A DNA stretch of 64,000 nt. It comes from Nitrospirota bacterium. GTDB taxonomy: Bacteria; Nitrospirota; UBA9217. The position numbers and the translations under genes were made by a program. This document shows, piece after piece, positions 18,559-28,429 of this stretch (position 1 is the stretch's first letter; every line of letters starts with the position of its first letter). The notes beneath the pieces were generated by a model that saw only the letters and a list, made by a program, of their open reading frames with translations, was not told the origin of the DNA and ran no database searches. Where the stretch lies: assembly GCA_963737155.1 (NCBI GenBank), contig CAVTRN010000001.1:1088001-1152000 (forward strand), written 5' to 3'.

Positions 18559-20307
18559 ATGAAAAAAAATGTCGCCGTCATTGTGCTTGTTTTATTCACT
18601 TTTTCCTGTGCGACGTTGCCTGCACACATGCCGGAGACAATGACGGGGAAGGAACCGGCAGTCGACCGCGATCAGGCTGATGCCTATTATCATTTCATGG
18701 TCGGCAACATGTTGGAGCAGGATGGCAATTACGACGGGGCGCAAAAGGAGTTCGAAAAAGCGTATAGTCAGGACCCGAAGTCGGCTGAAATTTCACTTGC
18801 TCTGGCTACCATTGCCGCGCGCAAGGGACAATTGGATGACGTGGCCCGGTATGCACGGATTGCGGCAAAAGCCCCAGCCACGAAAACGCAGGCGCTCATG
18901 TTGCTGGCCGGTATATATTCAGCCCGGAAACAATACGACGAAGCGATTGCCGCTTATCGCGAGGTGATTAACACCGATCCGAAGCAAGAAGACGCCTATA
19001 TATACCTCGGATCTCTCTTTGCATCACTGAAACAGTACGATGAGGCAATTAAAACATTTCACGCTCTTAAAGCGGTGAATCCCAACTCCATTATGTCTTC
19101 CTACTATCTCGGAAGAATTTACACGGATCAACAAATGTACGAAGAAGCGCTCGCCGAATTCAACCGAGTAGTATCCTTGCGCGGTGACTTTGATCCCGGA
19201 TACACGAGTATGGGCCTGGTCTATGAATTGATGGACAAAGCCCCCAAAGCGATAGAGGCATACAGAAAGGCGCTCAGCATCAATCCCCACAACCCTGAGG
19301 TCCGGCTGCATCTTGGGCAGCTCTATATCCAGCAGAATGAACTCGATGACGCACTGGAGCAGTTCAAGCAAGTGGTTGCTGAGGACCCCCGGAATTACGA
19401 CGCCATTGTAAAAATAGGACTTATTTATGCCGAGCAGAAGAAGTATGAGCAGGCTGTTCAATCCTTCAAAACGGTATCTCAGGCAATCCCCAACGACCTG
19501 AAGATCAGGCGATATCTCGCATCGACACTCCTGTCGCTCAACCGGTATGATGAAGCGCTTACCGAATACAAAACCATTCTGACAGCCGCTCCGGATGATA
19601 TCGATGCTGCTCTTCAGATAGCCTATATTTATTCTCAGCAGGGCAAGACCGCAGAAGCAGTGCCGATCCTGGAAAAGATGGTTTCCGAGCAGCCGGGGAA
19701 ACCGGAGCTATATCTTTATCTCGCCAATGCCTATATGGATATTGGAAAATACCTAAAGGCGGTCGATACCCTAAACGGTGCTCTCAAGCTTGCGCCAGAT
19801 CGCGATGATCTTTTTTTTGAGCTCGCCATCGCCGACGAAAAACTGGGCAGGCGTGATGCGATGATCGAGGCCCTCAAGAAGGCTATTGCGCTGAAGCCGG
19901 ACAACGCCGACACCTTGAATTATCTCGGCTACTCCTATGCGGAAAAGGGGGAAAACCTGGACGAGGCAATTATGCTCATAAAGCGCGCCCTCGTGCTCAA
20001 GCCTGACAACGGGTACATTCTCGATAGCTTGGCCTGGGCTTATTATCAGAAAGGCATGCTGAATGATTCGCTGGAGGTCATGCAGAAAGCCATTGCAAAG
20101 GTGCCCGAAGACCCCCTCATGCGAGAACACTACGGAGACATTTATCTGAAACTTTCCAACATGGTTAAGGCCCGAGAGCAATGGCTCAAATCCTTGGAGC
20201 TGGACCCCCAGAACAAGAAACTTCGGGAGAAATTCAATGAGATGAAGTTCGGCAATCTTGATGAACTCCTGAAGGATATAAAACCGGGGGCAAAAGACAA
20301 GAAGTGA
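18559..20307 (+). CDS. Tetratricopeptide-repeat lipoprotein
   Basis: Lipobox TFSC and many TPR repeats, including LNYLGYSYAE and YILDSLAWAYY. Typical position upstream of lolB/ispE. Confidence 0.88.
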   Translation: MKKNVAVIVLVLFTFSCATLPAHMPETMTGKEPAVDRDQADAYYHFMVGNMLEQDGNYDGAQKEFEKAYSQDPKSAEISLALATIAARKGQLDDVARYARIAAKAPATKTQALMLLAGIYSARKQYDEAIAAYREVINTDPKQEDAYIYLGSLFASLKQYDEAIKTFHALKAVNPNSIMSSYYLGRIYTDQQMYEEALAEFNRVVSLRGDFDPGYTSMGLVYELMDKAPKAIEAYRKALSINPHNPEVRLHLGQLYIQQNELDDALEQFKQVVAEDPRNYDAIVKIGLIYAEQKKYEQAVQSFKTVSQAIPNDLKIRRYLASTLLSLNRYDEALTEYKTILTAAPDDIDAALQIAYIYSQQGKTAEAVPILEKMVSEQPGKPELYLYLANAYMDIGKYLKAVDTLNGALKLAPDRDDLFFELAIADEKLGRRDAMIEALKKAIALKPDNADTLNYLGYSYAEKGENLDEAIMLIKRALVLKPDNGYILDSLAWAYYQKGMLNDSLEVMQKAIAKVPEDPLMREHYGDIYLKLSNMVKAREQWLKSLELDPQNKKLREKFNEMKFGNLDELLKDIKPGAKDKK

Positions 20308-21086
20308 AAACCGTTGGATTGATCGCGTGTCTCATCGTTCCTCTCCTGTTCGCCTGCTACCCGCAAAAACCGGAGATTGCCATGATTGCCGTCCCCCCCG
20401 CCCCACTGATTGAAGTGCTGAATCAGCAGCGGCATGCTTTCACCAGCCTCAAAGCTGTGGCGAGCGCGACTATAGTGAAGGACGGACGGAAACGCTTCTT
20501 CGACACTGTCGGCGTTGTGGTTGACGATCAGCGCCGATTCAGGCTGGACGCTTACGGCCCGCTGGGCCAGTCAATAATGGTCATTGTCTGGGACGGACAG
20601 GAAGTTGTGCTCCGTCTTCCTGAAGAGAACAGAATTGACCATAAAGGGCCTGCAGGTTTGGAGCAGCTTCTAGGGCAGGGTCTGGAACCAGCCGAATTAT
20701 GCGCGATTCTCTCCGGGAATATACCGGATGTCGGCAAGATCGCGTCGCCCGTTTTATTGTGCGGAACAACTAACGACTGCATTCTGAAGCTGAACAGCGG
20801 CACCCTTCTTCGGACGGTCAGGGTCTCTTACCCGGTTAATCAGCCTGGCCGGCAACCGCGGATTCGCTCCTATGAATTATCTCGTTCAGGCAGACTCCTC
20901 TTTAAAGCGCGGTTCGACCGCGTCGAGGAAATCTCTCACTACCCCTTGCCGATGCAGATCGAGATCGAAAACCCCGGTCAAAACCTTAAATTAACGGTTG
21001 TTTATCGCGAAGCCGATGTGAACATGGCGATTAGCAACGATGTCTTTAGCCTTACAGAAGATTCAGAAGACGAAAATAGTAAATAG
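20304..21086 (+). CDS. LolB-like/DUF4292-like lipoprotein
   Basis: Lipobox LFAC and an RLDAYGPLGQ motif. Occupies the lolB position between the TPR gene and ispE. Confidence 0.6.
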   Translation: MKTVGLIACLIVPLLFACYPQKPEIAMIAVPPAPLIEVLNQQRHAFTSLKAVASATIVKDGRKRFFDTVGVVVDDQRRFRLDAYGPLGQSIMVIVWDGQEVVLRLPEENRIDHKGPAGLEQLLGQGLEPAELCAILSGNIPDVGKIASPVLLCGTTNDCILKLNSGTLLRTVRVSYPVNQPGRQPRIRSYELSRSGRLLFKARFDRVEEISHYPLPMQIEIENPGQNLKLTVVYREADVNMAISNDVFSLTEDSEDENSK

Positions 21087-21131
21087 AAAATCGAGTTCAG
21101 AAGAGTCATAATATAAGTATGAGGGAGTGCG

Positions 21132-22028
21132 ATGAAGACAATCACACTTCGATCCCCTGCAAAGATAAATCTCTGCCTGTCGGTTCTTGGCAAGCGGACC
21201 GATGGATACCATGATGTGGAGATGCTGATGCAGATGGTGGAGCTCTGCGACGAAATAGCCGTCTCCACCTGCGGTGGAACAGGCATCCGGGTTAGTTGCG
21301 ATGCAAAGTCGGTACCGTCGGGCGAAGGGAATACAGCGTGGAAAGCGGCACATGAGATGCTCAAAGCAGCTGGAAGCGGAGAGGGTCTTTCAATCGATAT
21401 TAAAAAAAATATCCCTGTTGCAGCCGGGCTGGCAGGCGGAAGCGGTAATGCCGCAGCTGTACTTGCGGCGGCGAACAGTCTGCTCGGGACACATTTTGGG
21501 GCAGATCGATTGGCCGCGATTGGAGCGAAGATCGGAATGGATGTGCCTTTTTTCTTCTTCGGACCGACCGCTATGGCTAGGGGACGGGGAGAATTGGTGA
21601 CGCCGATTGCTCCGGTACCGATATGTTGGGTTCTGCTCGTAAATCCGGGGCTTGAGATCTCTACGGCGTGGGTCTATAAAAACTTAAATTTGAGGTTGAC
21701 AAAGAAAGTTGACTGTAATAAAATTGCTCGGCTTACGGTCCGAAATATTGCCGAGGGGCTTCACAATGACCTTGAAGCTGTAACTGCGGTCGCTCACCCC
21801 GTGATTATCAGAATAAAAGAAGCTCTTCTGGTCCAGCAGGCGCTGGGTGTGTGCATGAGCGGGAGCGGACCGACGGTCTTTGGCATTTTCGAGAAGGAGT
21901 CTTCATGTCGTGCTGCCGCGGCAAACCTCTCACAGAAGGGGTGGCGAATTTTTGTGACACGGACTTTAACCGAATCGCCGCTTGCAAAATACTCGGAGAG
22001 AAGCGGGCGCCATCAGAATAATGATTAG
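21132..22028 (+). CDS. ispE: 4-diphosphocytidyl-2C-methyl-D-erythritol kinase
   Basis: PAKINL, DGYH, KNIPVAAGLAGGS, DVPFF and MSGSG motifs. Confidence 0.95.
   Translation: MKTITLRSPAKINLCLSVLGKRTDGYHDVEMLMQMVELCDEIAVSTCGGTGIRVSCDAKSVPSGEGNTAWKAAHEMLKAAGSGEGLSIDIKKNIPVAAGLAGGSGNAAAVLAAANSLLGTHFGADRLAAIGAKIGMDVPFFFFGPTAMARGRGELVTPIAPVPICWVLLVNPGLEISTAWVYKNLNLRLTKKVDCNKIARLTVRNIAEGLHNDLEAVTAVAHPVIIRIKEALLVQQALGVCMSGSGPTVFGIFEKESSCRAAAANLSQKGWRIFVTRTLTESPLAKYSERSGRHQNND
21696..21724 (+). promoter_or_regulatory. Intragenic sigma70 promoter within ispE
   Basis: TTGACA-17 bp-TAAAAT in an AT-rich patch of the coding sequence. Confidence 0.55.
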
Positions 22029-22081
22029 ATTAGTGCCTCCACACACACGAGCTGCTTTTTTTCACCATGAGGAGGTGTCAT

Positions 22082-22387
22082 ATGGAAGTTACCGAGGTCA
22101 GAGTATTTCCGGTCAATAACGAGGAACGGCTCAAAGCCTATGCAACGATAACGATTGACAACGTTTTTTTAATCCGGGACCTGCGGGTCATCAATGGAAA
22201 CGCGGGCCTGTTTGTAGCCATGCCAAGCCGCAAAATGAAGGACGGTACATTCAAAGATATAGCCCACCCGCTAAACAGCGAAACGAGACAGATGATCGAA
22301 AAGAAGGTCCTTTCGGAGTATGAGCGAGAATTGGCTAATCCTACGATCAGGGAACGTACTCCTCCGAAAGACGCTGAAGCGCATTGA
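22082..22387 (+). CDS. spoVG: SpoVG family nucleic-acid-binding protein
   Basis: MEVTEVRV...LFVAMPSRK..DG.FKDIAHPLN. GGAGGT SD. Confidence 0.93.
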   Translation: MEVTEVRVFPVNNEERLKAYATITIDNVFLIRDLRVINGNAGLFVAMPSRKMKDGTFKDIAHPLNSETRQMIEKKVLSEYERELANPTIRERTPPKDAEAH

Positions 22388-22433
22388 CATGTACTAAAGT
22401 AATGAGTTTTGCCGATTCTACATTCGAGATGAG

Positions 22434-22460
22434 AGGATAGGCGTAAGCCTATCCTTTTGA
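22434..22460 (+). terminator. Hairpin after spoVG
   Basis: AGGATAGGC-GTAA-GCCTATCCT followed by T's. Confidence 0.55.
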
Positions 22461-22496
22461 TGTTTTTTCAGGCCGATGGAGCAAGGCGGCTTCTAT

Positions 22497-22570
22497 TCGG
22501 GGATCGTCTAATGGTAGGACAGAGGCCTTTGAAGCCTTTAATCGGGGTCCGACTCCCTGTCCCCGAACCA
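22497..22570 (+). tRNA. tRNA-Gln(TTG)
   Basis: Cloverleaf with acceptor TCGGGGA/TCCCCGA, anticodon loop CTTTGAA and encoded CCA. The T-loop reads TCCGACT. Confidence 0.93.
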
Positions 22571-22593
22571 GAATTCCGAGGAATGAGGTTCTG

Positions 22594-23547
22594 ATGGTAA
22601 AATTACGAGGTCAGGAAATCAAGATTTTTTCCGGGAATGCCAATACGCCGCTGGCGAAGGAGATCTGTCAACGGATGAATCTTCCACTGGGAAATGCCCT
22701 CGTTGGCCAGTTCAGTGACGGTGAGATTAACGTGCAGATCGTGGACAACGTGCGCGGCATGGATGTGTTCGTGGTACAGCCCACGGCAAGCCCGGTAAAT
22801 CGGCATCTTATGGAGCTTCTGATCATGATTGACGCGCTTAAACGCGCGTCTGCGGCGAGGATCACAGCCGTACTCCCCTACTATGGGTATAGCAGACAGG
22901 ATCGCAAGGTGCAGCCACGCGTTCCCATTACCTCAAAGCTCGTGGCCGATCTCATAACCGCGGCGGGAGCGAACCGGGTGTTAACTGTGGATCTTCACGC
23001 TGGGCAGATTCAGGGATTCTTCAACATTCCCGTTGACAACCTGTTTGCCGCTCCGGTGATCCTTGATTACTTTCGGGGGAAGAAATTCAGCAACCTGACT
23101 GTCGTTTCGCCCGATGCCGGCGGCGTGGAACGCGCTCGAGCGTTTGCAAAGCGGCTCGACGCCACGCTGGCGATCATCGACAAACGGCGCGACAAGCCGA
23201 ATGTGGCCCAGGTTATGCATATCATCGGAGATGTAAAGGGACACGATTGCCTGTTGCTTGACGACATGGTGGACACGGCAGGCACTCTGACTGAGGGCGC
23301 AGGAGCGCTCAAGGCAAACGGTGCGGGCCATATTTATGCTGCCTGCACCCATGCGGTGCTCTCGGGACCGGCCATCCAGAGGATAAACAACTCTCCGCTC
23401 GATGAACTCATAACTGCCAACACAATCGCCCTTGACAGCAAGCAGCAGGAGTGCAAGAAACTGACGGTTCTTTCCGTCGCGCCGCTTCTTTCCGAGGCGA
23501 TAACGAGGATACACGAGGAGACGTCGCTCAGCTCGTTGTTTGTGTAA
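22594..23547 (+). CDS. prs: Ribose-phosphate pyrophosphokinase
   Basis: FSDGE, YSRQDRK, DLHAGQIQGFF, SPDAGGVERA and DDMVDTAGT motifs. Confidence 0.97.
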   Translation: MVKLRGQEIKIFSGNANTPLAKEICQRMNLPLGNALVGQFSDGEINVQIVDNVRGMDVFVVQPTASPVNRHLMELLIMIDALKRASAARITAVLPYYGYSRQDRKVQPRVPITSKLVADLITAAGANRVLTVDLHAGQIQGFFNIPVDNLFAAPVILDYFRGKKFSNLTVVSPDAGGVERARAFAKRLDATLAIIDKRRDKPNVAQVMHIIGDVKGHDCLLLDDMVDTAGTLTEGAGALKANGAGHIYAACTHAVLSGPAIQRINNSPLDELITANTIALDSKQQECKKLTVLSVAPLLSEAITRIHEETSLSSLFV

Positions 23548-23559
23548 TAGCAACGAAAA

Positions 23560-23604
23560 CAGTTTAAACCGTTTAAACTGATCAAGCCGTTTAAACGGCT
23601 CATT
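23560..23604. repeat. Degenerate 9-bp tandem array
   Basis: CAGTTTAAA CCGTTTAAA CTGATCAAG CCGTTTAAA CGGCTCATT. Confidence 0.7.
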
Positions 23605-23618
23605 ATTACGGAGGAGAA

Positions 23619-24380
23619 ATGGAAAAGTTTGCATTATCAGCGCAAGTCAGGGAAAAGGCTGGCAAGGGAGTTGCCAGGGGTCTGAGAAGAGATCAGAGGG
23701 TGCCGGCGGTTCTTTACAGCCACGGTAAATCCGTGCCTATCTCGATGGGTAACAAGGATATTACGAGCATTCTCAATAAGGAGGGCGGCGAGCACGCGCT
23801 TATCAATCTCACACTTGACGGAAAAGATGGTTCGGAGAAGCTGGCCTTGATCAAGGATTACCAGGTCGATCCCAGGAGCGGCAAGCTCATACATGTCGAC
23901 CTCATGGAAGTGGCGCTAAACGAGAAGGTGAAAATCCAGGTGGCGGTCCACATCTTGGGTAATGCCCTGGGCGTGAAGGAAGGCGGCATCTTCCAGTATG
24001 GCCAGCGGTCGCTTGATATCGAATGTCTACCGAACCTGATTCCCGATTTCATCGAGGTAAATATTTCGGAACTCAAGATTAACGAGTCGCTCCATGTGCG
24101 TGATATCAAAGTGATGGAGGGCATCAGGATCCTGACCGACGGTGATGCAACGGTCGCGACGATTCAGCCGCCGATTTCCGAGGCCAAGCTTGAGGCCATG
24201 CTTACCGCTACTCCTGCAGTGGGCGCGGAGGCAGGCGAGCCGGAGCTGGTCAAAAAACCGAAGAAAGAAGGCGAAGCCGCTGTTGCTCCGGCTGCCGAGG
24301 CCAAGGGCAAAGAAGGGGCCAAGGAAGCCGCTCCAAAGAAGGAAGCCGCCCCCAAGAAAGAAGCTGCCCCCAAAAAGTAA
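23619..24380 (+). CDS. rplY: 50S ribosomal protein L25 / Ctc (long form)
   Basis: GKGVARGLRR..RVPAVLY and HVDL motifs, a TL5-type C-domain, and a KEAAPK-repeat tail. Confidence 0.95.
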   Translation: MEKFALSAQVREKAGKGVARGLRRDQRVPAVLYSHGKSVPISMGNKDITSILNKEGGEHALINLTLDGKDGSEKLALIKDYQVDPRSGKLIHVDLMEVALNEKVKIQVAVHILGNALGVKEGGIFQYGQRSLDIECLPNLIPDFIEVNISELKINESLHVRDIKVMEGIRILTDGDATVATIQPPISEAKLEAMLTATPAVGAEAGEPELVKKPKKEGEAAVAPAAEAKGKEGAKEAAPKKEAAPKKEAAPKK

Positions 24381-24409
24381 GGCCGCCTGTACTGTTCTCC
24401 GGGGGGTGA

Positions 24410-24973
24410 ATGAAGATCATCGTCGGGCTCGGCAACCCGGGCAGAAAGTACGAACATACTCGTCACAACGCTGGATTCATGGCTATTGACGAGCTCGCAA
24501 AAAACCTGTATGTCGATATTGCCCAGGAAAAATACTTCGCGCTTATCGGCAAGGCCCGTATAGATTCGGAACAGGTTGTCCTGATCAAGCCGCAGACTTA
24601 TATGAATGAGAGCGGCAGGGCCGTGGCGGCTGCAGTTAGGGGCTCTTACGCGGACGTGGCTGATCTTCTCGTGATCCATGACGAGTTGGATCTGCCATCG
24701 GGGTCCGTGCGCGTAAAAATCGGCGGTGGTCACGGTGGTCACAATGGGCTTCGCTCCATAATAGAGCATCTGGGTTCAGCGGAATTTGTTAGGGTCCGCA
24801 TCGGCATCGGTCGGCCAGCGCCGGATAGGGATACTGCGGATTATGTCCTCAGCCCTTTTCTTGCGGAAGAACGGGAGGCCGCTACCAAAGCTGTAAATAG
24901 GGCTGCTGAAGCGGTGAAAGCTTTTATGAAGGAAGGTCTCACCGCAGCAATGAACAAGTTCAATCAGTGGTAA
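24410..24973 (+). CDS. pth: Peptidyl-tRNA hydrolase
   Basis: VGLGNPG, TRHNAGF, KPQTYMNESG, HDELD and GGHNGLRS motifs. Confidence 0.97.
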   Translation: MKIIVGLGNPGRKYEHTRHNAGFMAIDELAKNLYVDIAQEKYFALIGKARIDSEQVVLIKPQTYMNESGRAVAAAVRGSYADVADLLVIHDELDLPSGSVRVKIGGGHGGHNGLRSIIEHLGSAEFVRVRIGIGRPAPDRDTADYVLSPFLAEEREAATKAVNRAAEAVKAFMKEGLTAAMNKFNQW

Positions 24974-25318
24974 CGCACCTTCAGGGTGCGATCCTCATTT
25001 TTATGAACAAGCCCGGACCTGAAGTATTAGGCGACAGCTCCGGGTTTTTTGTTGTCAAAAAGCGTCAAAAAATCTTTCCCACGGGTGGAAACGAAAGACA
25101 GTGATAAAAAGAGGTATTTGCATGTTCTGCGCTTCCACGGCTGTTAACAGGGTCCTAAAAAATTAATAAAACAACCGGATGGTTATTCTGATGTCGGTGA
25201 AGAATCCCGTTTTCCCGGATACTTTAATCCCTCACTTGGTTCAGGATGACTCCTTAAAAGTGTTTTTTTTTGCAGACTAATTGTAGTTACACTGTATCTC
25301 AGGCAAAAGGAGTTTCTC

Positions 25319-26413
25319 ATGGGTTTCAATTGCGGTATTGTTGGCCTCCCTAACGTTGGCAAATCCACCATTTTTAACGCCCTCACCTCAGCAGGTGCAC
25401 AGGCATCGAATTACCCCTTTACGACCATCGATCCCAATATAGGCGTTGTAGATATGCCAGATGAGCGGCTCGATACACTCGCTAAGATTTACCAACCTAA
25501 GAAACTGACGCCGACGAGTATGGAGTTCGTCGATATCGCCGGACTGGTAAAAGGCGCAGCTCAAGGCGAGGGACTCGGGAATAAGTTTCTCGCAAATATT
25601 AGAGAAGTAGATGCCATTGCCCATGTGGTGCGCTGTTTTGACGATCCCAATGTTGTGCACGTTGCTGGCCATGTTGATCCCAAGGCAGATATTGAAGTTA
25701 TCGAGGCGGAACTCATGCTCGCCGATCTCGACTCGATCGAGAAACGTCTATTTAAGGCGGAGAAAATGGTTAAGACTGGGGATAAAAAGACGGCTGATGA
25801 AGTGGCCTTCATGCGGACGCTTAAAGATATGCTTGCGAAAGGCGAGCCAATCCGCCGCGCATCCCACTCCGAAGAGGAGGCACTATTGCTCCGGGGCTAT
25901 GCCCTGCTGTCTGCCAAACCGGTGCTATATGTGGCGAATGTAGCTGAGAACATGGTGGATAAGCCGAATCTCTATGTGGACGCCGTAAAAAAAATCGCTG
26001 CCGAAGAAGGCGCAAAAGTAGTCATTATCTCCGGCCAAGTGGAGGGGGAAATTGCGCAGCTGCCAAAAGAAGAGCGTAAGGAATATCTCGCCGGCATGGG
26101 GCTTAGAGAATCAGGCCTTGATCGCATGATCAGAGCGGGGTATGACCTGCTTGGCCTTATCACATATTTTACTGCAGGCGAGAAAGAAGTACGTGCATGG
26201 ACCATCACCAAGGGCACTAAGGCGCCCCAGGCGGCCGGCAAGATCCATACAGATTTCGAAAAAGGATTCATCCGAGCCGAGGTGTTCCACTACGATGACC
26301 TGATGAAGCTGAAAACCGAGCAGGCGGTGAAGGCAGCCGGACTGCTCCGCTCAGAAGGCAAGGACTATGTGGTGAAGGACGGCGATATTATGCTGTTCCG
26401 GTTTAACGTGTAA
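25319..26413 (+). CDS. ychF: Redox-regulated ATPase YchF
   Basis: GIVGLPNVGKST, DIAGLV, GEGLGNKFL and a C-terminal TGS domain. Confidence 0.97.
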   Translation: MGFNCGIVGLPNVGKSTIFNALTSAGAQASNYPFTTIDPNIGVVDMPDERLDTLAKIYQPKKLTPTSMEFVDIAGLVKGAAQGEGLGNKFLANIREVDAIAHVVRCFDDPNVVHVAGHVDPKADIEVIEAELMLADLDSIEKRLFKAEKMVKTGDKKTADEVAFMRTLKDMLAKGEPIRRASHSEEEALLLRGYALLSAKPVLYVANVAENMVDKPNLYVDAVKKIAAEEGAKVVIISGQVEGEIAQLPKEERKEYLAGMGLRESGLDRMIRAGYDLLGLITYFTAGEKEVRAWTITKGTKAPQAAGKIHTDFEKGFIRAEVFHYDDLMKLKTEQAVKAAGLLRSEGKDYVVKDGDIMLFRFNV

Positions 26414-26426
26414 GCGCGGCATTTTT

Positions 26427-27380
26427 TTATAAGGATATATCCGCACGAAGCATTTCCCCGATTTCCTGCAGGCGTTTCACCCCCCTGATTTCGGTAAGTG
26501 AGAGCGGTAAAGTGGCAACAGGACACTTGCCCGCCATTCTTCTTAATTCCTCAATATATGTTCCCTGACGATCCTGCAGTGCTGCGAGCGACGGGGAGTC
26601 TGGCTCTTCGATAACACGGTTGATGACAACACCATGGATCGTGAGATTATAGTCCAGAAGCGTAGCAATCAGCCTGCGGGTCTGGTTCACTACCAGGGCT
26701 TCGGGATTCGCCACGATAAGAAATGCCGAAGAAGCATGAAGGAACCTGCTGATCTTCTCGGATGCCCGACACCATTCATTCATGATCTCAGCAATAGCCC
26801 GTTTCCCAATCAACTGTTTGCCGATTCTGTCCAGCCCCTCGAACACCCGGGCGCCGGCGCGAAGATGTTTTCTTATGTTTGTGGGCATATCGAGGAGGTT
26901 CAGCGTTTCACCGGCTGGCGCCGTGTCCCAGACGACTCGGTCGTATCCCCAGCTTTCTGACATATCTCTGACGACGTCGAGCATGGTTTCTTCCCGAAGG
27001 GCAGGGGCGGAGCCGATATAATCGAGCAGTTGATGTTGAGATTCCTTATCTAGTGATTCTAGATCCACGATGTGTTCGAGTATATCCGAGAAGTCCTGGC
27101 CGAAGCGGTTTCTCCACCATGAAACAATGGTCTCTTGGCTGATTTCATAGGCATCGAGATTCTTGCAGACGGAAGTGACGTTGCTTCCGATCTGCTGCTC
27201 AAGAACGTCGGACAGGGAAGGAGTCATGTCCGAGGTAATGAGCAGCGTTTTACGGCCCATGGCTGCTATATGCGAGGCAATCGCCGCTGCGCAGGTTGTC
27301 TTGCCCACACCGCCTTTGCCGCCTACTAGCAGCATCTGTTTTCGGTCGGCCATGGCGAGCCCGGCGTTTCCAGTCTTCAT
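26427..27380 (-). CDS. ArsA/GET3-family ATPase (single domain)
   Basis: GGKGGVGKTT, SDxxxSLSD and DTAPAGET motifs. Start is 27380 or 27353. Confidence 0.85.
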   Translation of the reverse strand: MKTGNAGLAMADRKQMLLVGGKGGVGKTTCAAAIASHIAAMGRKTLLITSDMTPSLSDVLEQQIGSNVTSVCKNLDAYEISQETIVSWWRNRFGQDFSDILEHIVDLESLDKESQHQLLDYIGSAPALREETMLDVVRDMSESWGYDRVVWDTAPAGETLNLLDMPTNIRKHLRAGARVFEGLDRIGKQLIGKRAIAEIMNEWCRASEKISRFLHASSAFLIVANPEALVVNQTRRLIATLLDYNLTIHGVVINRVIEEPDSPSLAALQDRQGTYIEELRRMAGKCPVATLPLSLTEIRGVKRLQEIGEMLRADISL

Positions 27381-28429
27381 TGTTTTCATAGTAGCACAAT
27401 CGTACGGTAAAGGGAATGATCCCAAAGCGTGATGTATTGTCGATGGATATAAAAACATGGTAGGGATAAAACAACCATTAAAAAAATATTTAACTTCTGA
27501 TTGTCAAATATCAGGACATCGGTTACCCGATTCTAATAGTCCCAAATATTAAAATATCGATTACCCAAAAGGAGATAATGGAGTCATCAAGTAGCAGGCC
27601 TTCGGGCATTTGGTACTCAAAAATATCGACGATGATTAATTTCCTCGAATGTGCCAAGCATACTTGTTGTAGTCTATTTACCTTTAAAGCATGAATATGA
27701 TAGTTTTAGAGTTCTTGAATTCACGGTATTTTCATATCGTAAATTTTTCAACCTAAAATTAAAGTACCTGCAAACACTATCCACTCAACATGAGATAGAA
27801 TCACAATGTTTTGGGTTGCCGATGTATTGACACTTGTTAGTTGATGAATAAAGGTTTTTTCAACGTGTAAAGCAATATCGAAAATCATGGAATTGTAGAG
27901 ACTGATTCTGATGCAGGTTCCTGTTTTCGACTCTGTTGGTGGTTACAAGCGGTTTCTGAGCTTTTTTAGATTACGGCCGGGAAGGTACGATCATCACTGC
28001 AATTGTTCGGAGCGGAGAACGTTATTTCTTGTCAACGTATGTCATTCCCGGCAGAACGCCGATGTGGATCTACATCAGCATCGGCACGGCTGAGTTGGCA
28101 GGCCAACTTTGAAGTTGGTCCTTTTTGTGATGTTTACATTGTAGTGCGTAAAAAAAGATCGAGGGCTTGATATCCATGTTTCGGGCGCCGGTGGCGAGAA
28201 GGAGCGGCATATATATAGGTCACGTCAAGAGTCCTTTTCGAAGCAGTTATCGTAGTGTGGTTTTTGTGGGTGTGGAGTGCGACTTCCTGGACTTCGATTC
28301 TATCACCTATATTTTCTGGTTGATGACAACATACACCTACCGCGATGCTTCGATGATAAGCTGATCAAAGTGCTTATTCAAATGCGCTTTCAGTTTCTGG
28401 TCCAGCTCCTTGCCACATTAATTGCCATA

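Noticed and set aside
22082-22387. spoVG in a non-sporulating diderm
   Set aside because: ispE-spoVG-tRNAGln-prs-rplY-pth is a known conserved arrangement, so this is ordinary.
24320-24377. 18-bp tandem repeat
   Set aside because: It encodes the low-complexity KEAAPK tail of L25. It is not a CRISPR, and no CRISPR array was seen anywhere in the window.
27460-28425. About 1 kb AT-rich region with stop-riddled minus-strand codon-like stretches
   Set aside because: Probably an eroded gene, but I could not identify a family, terminal repeats or RNA structure.
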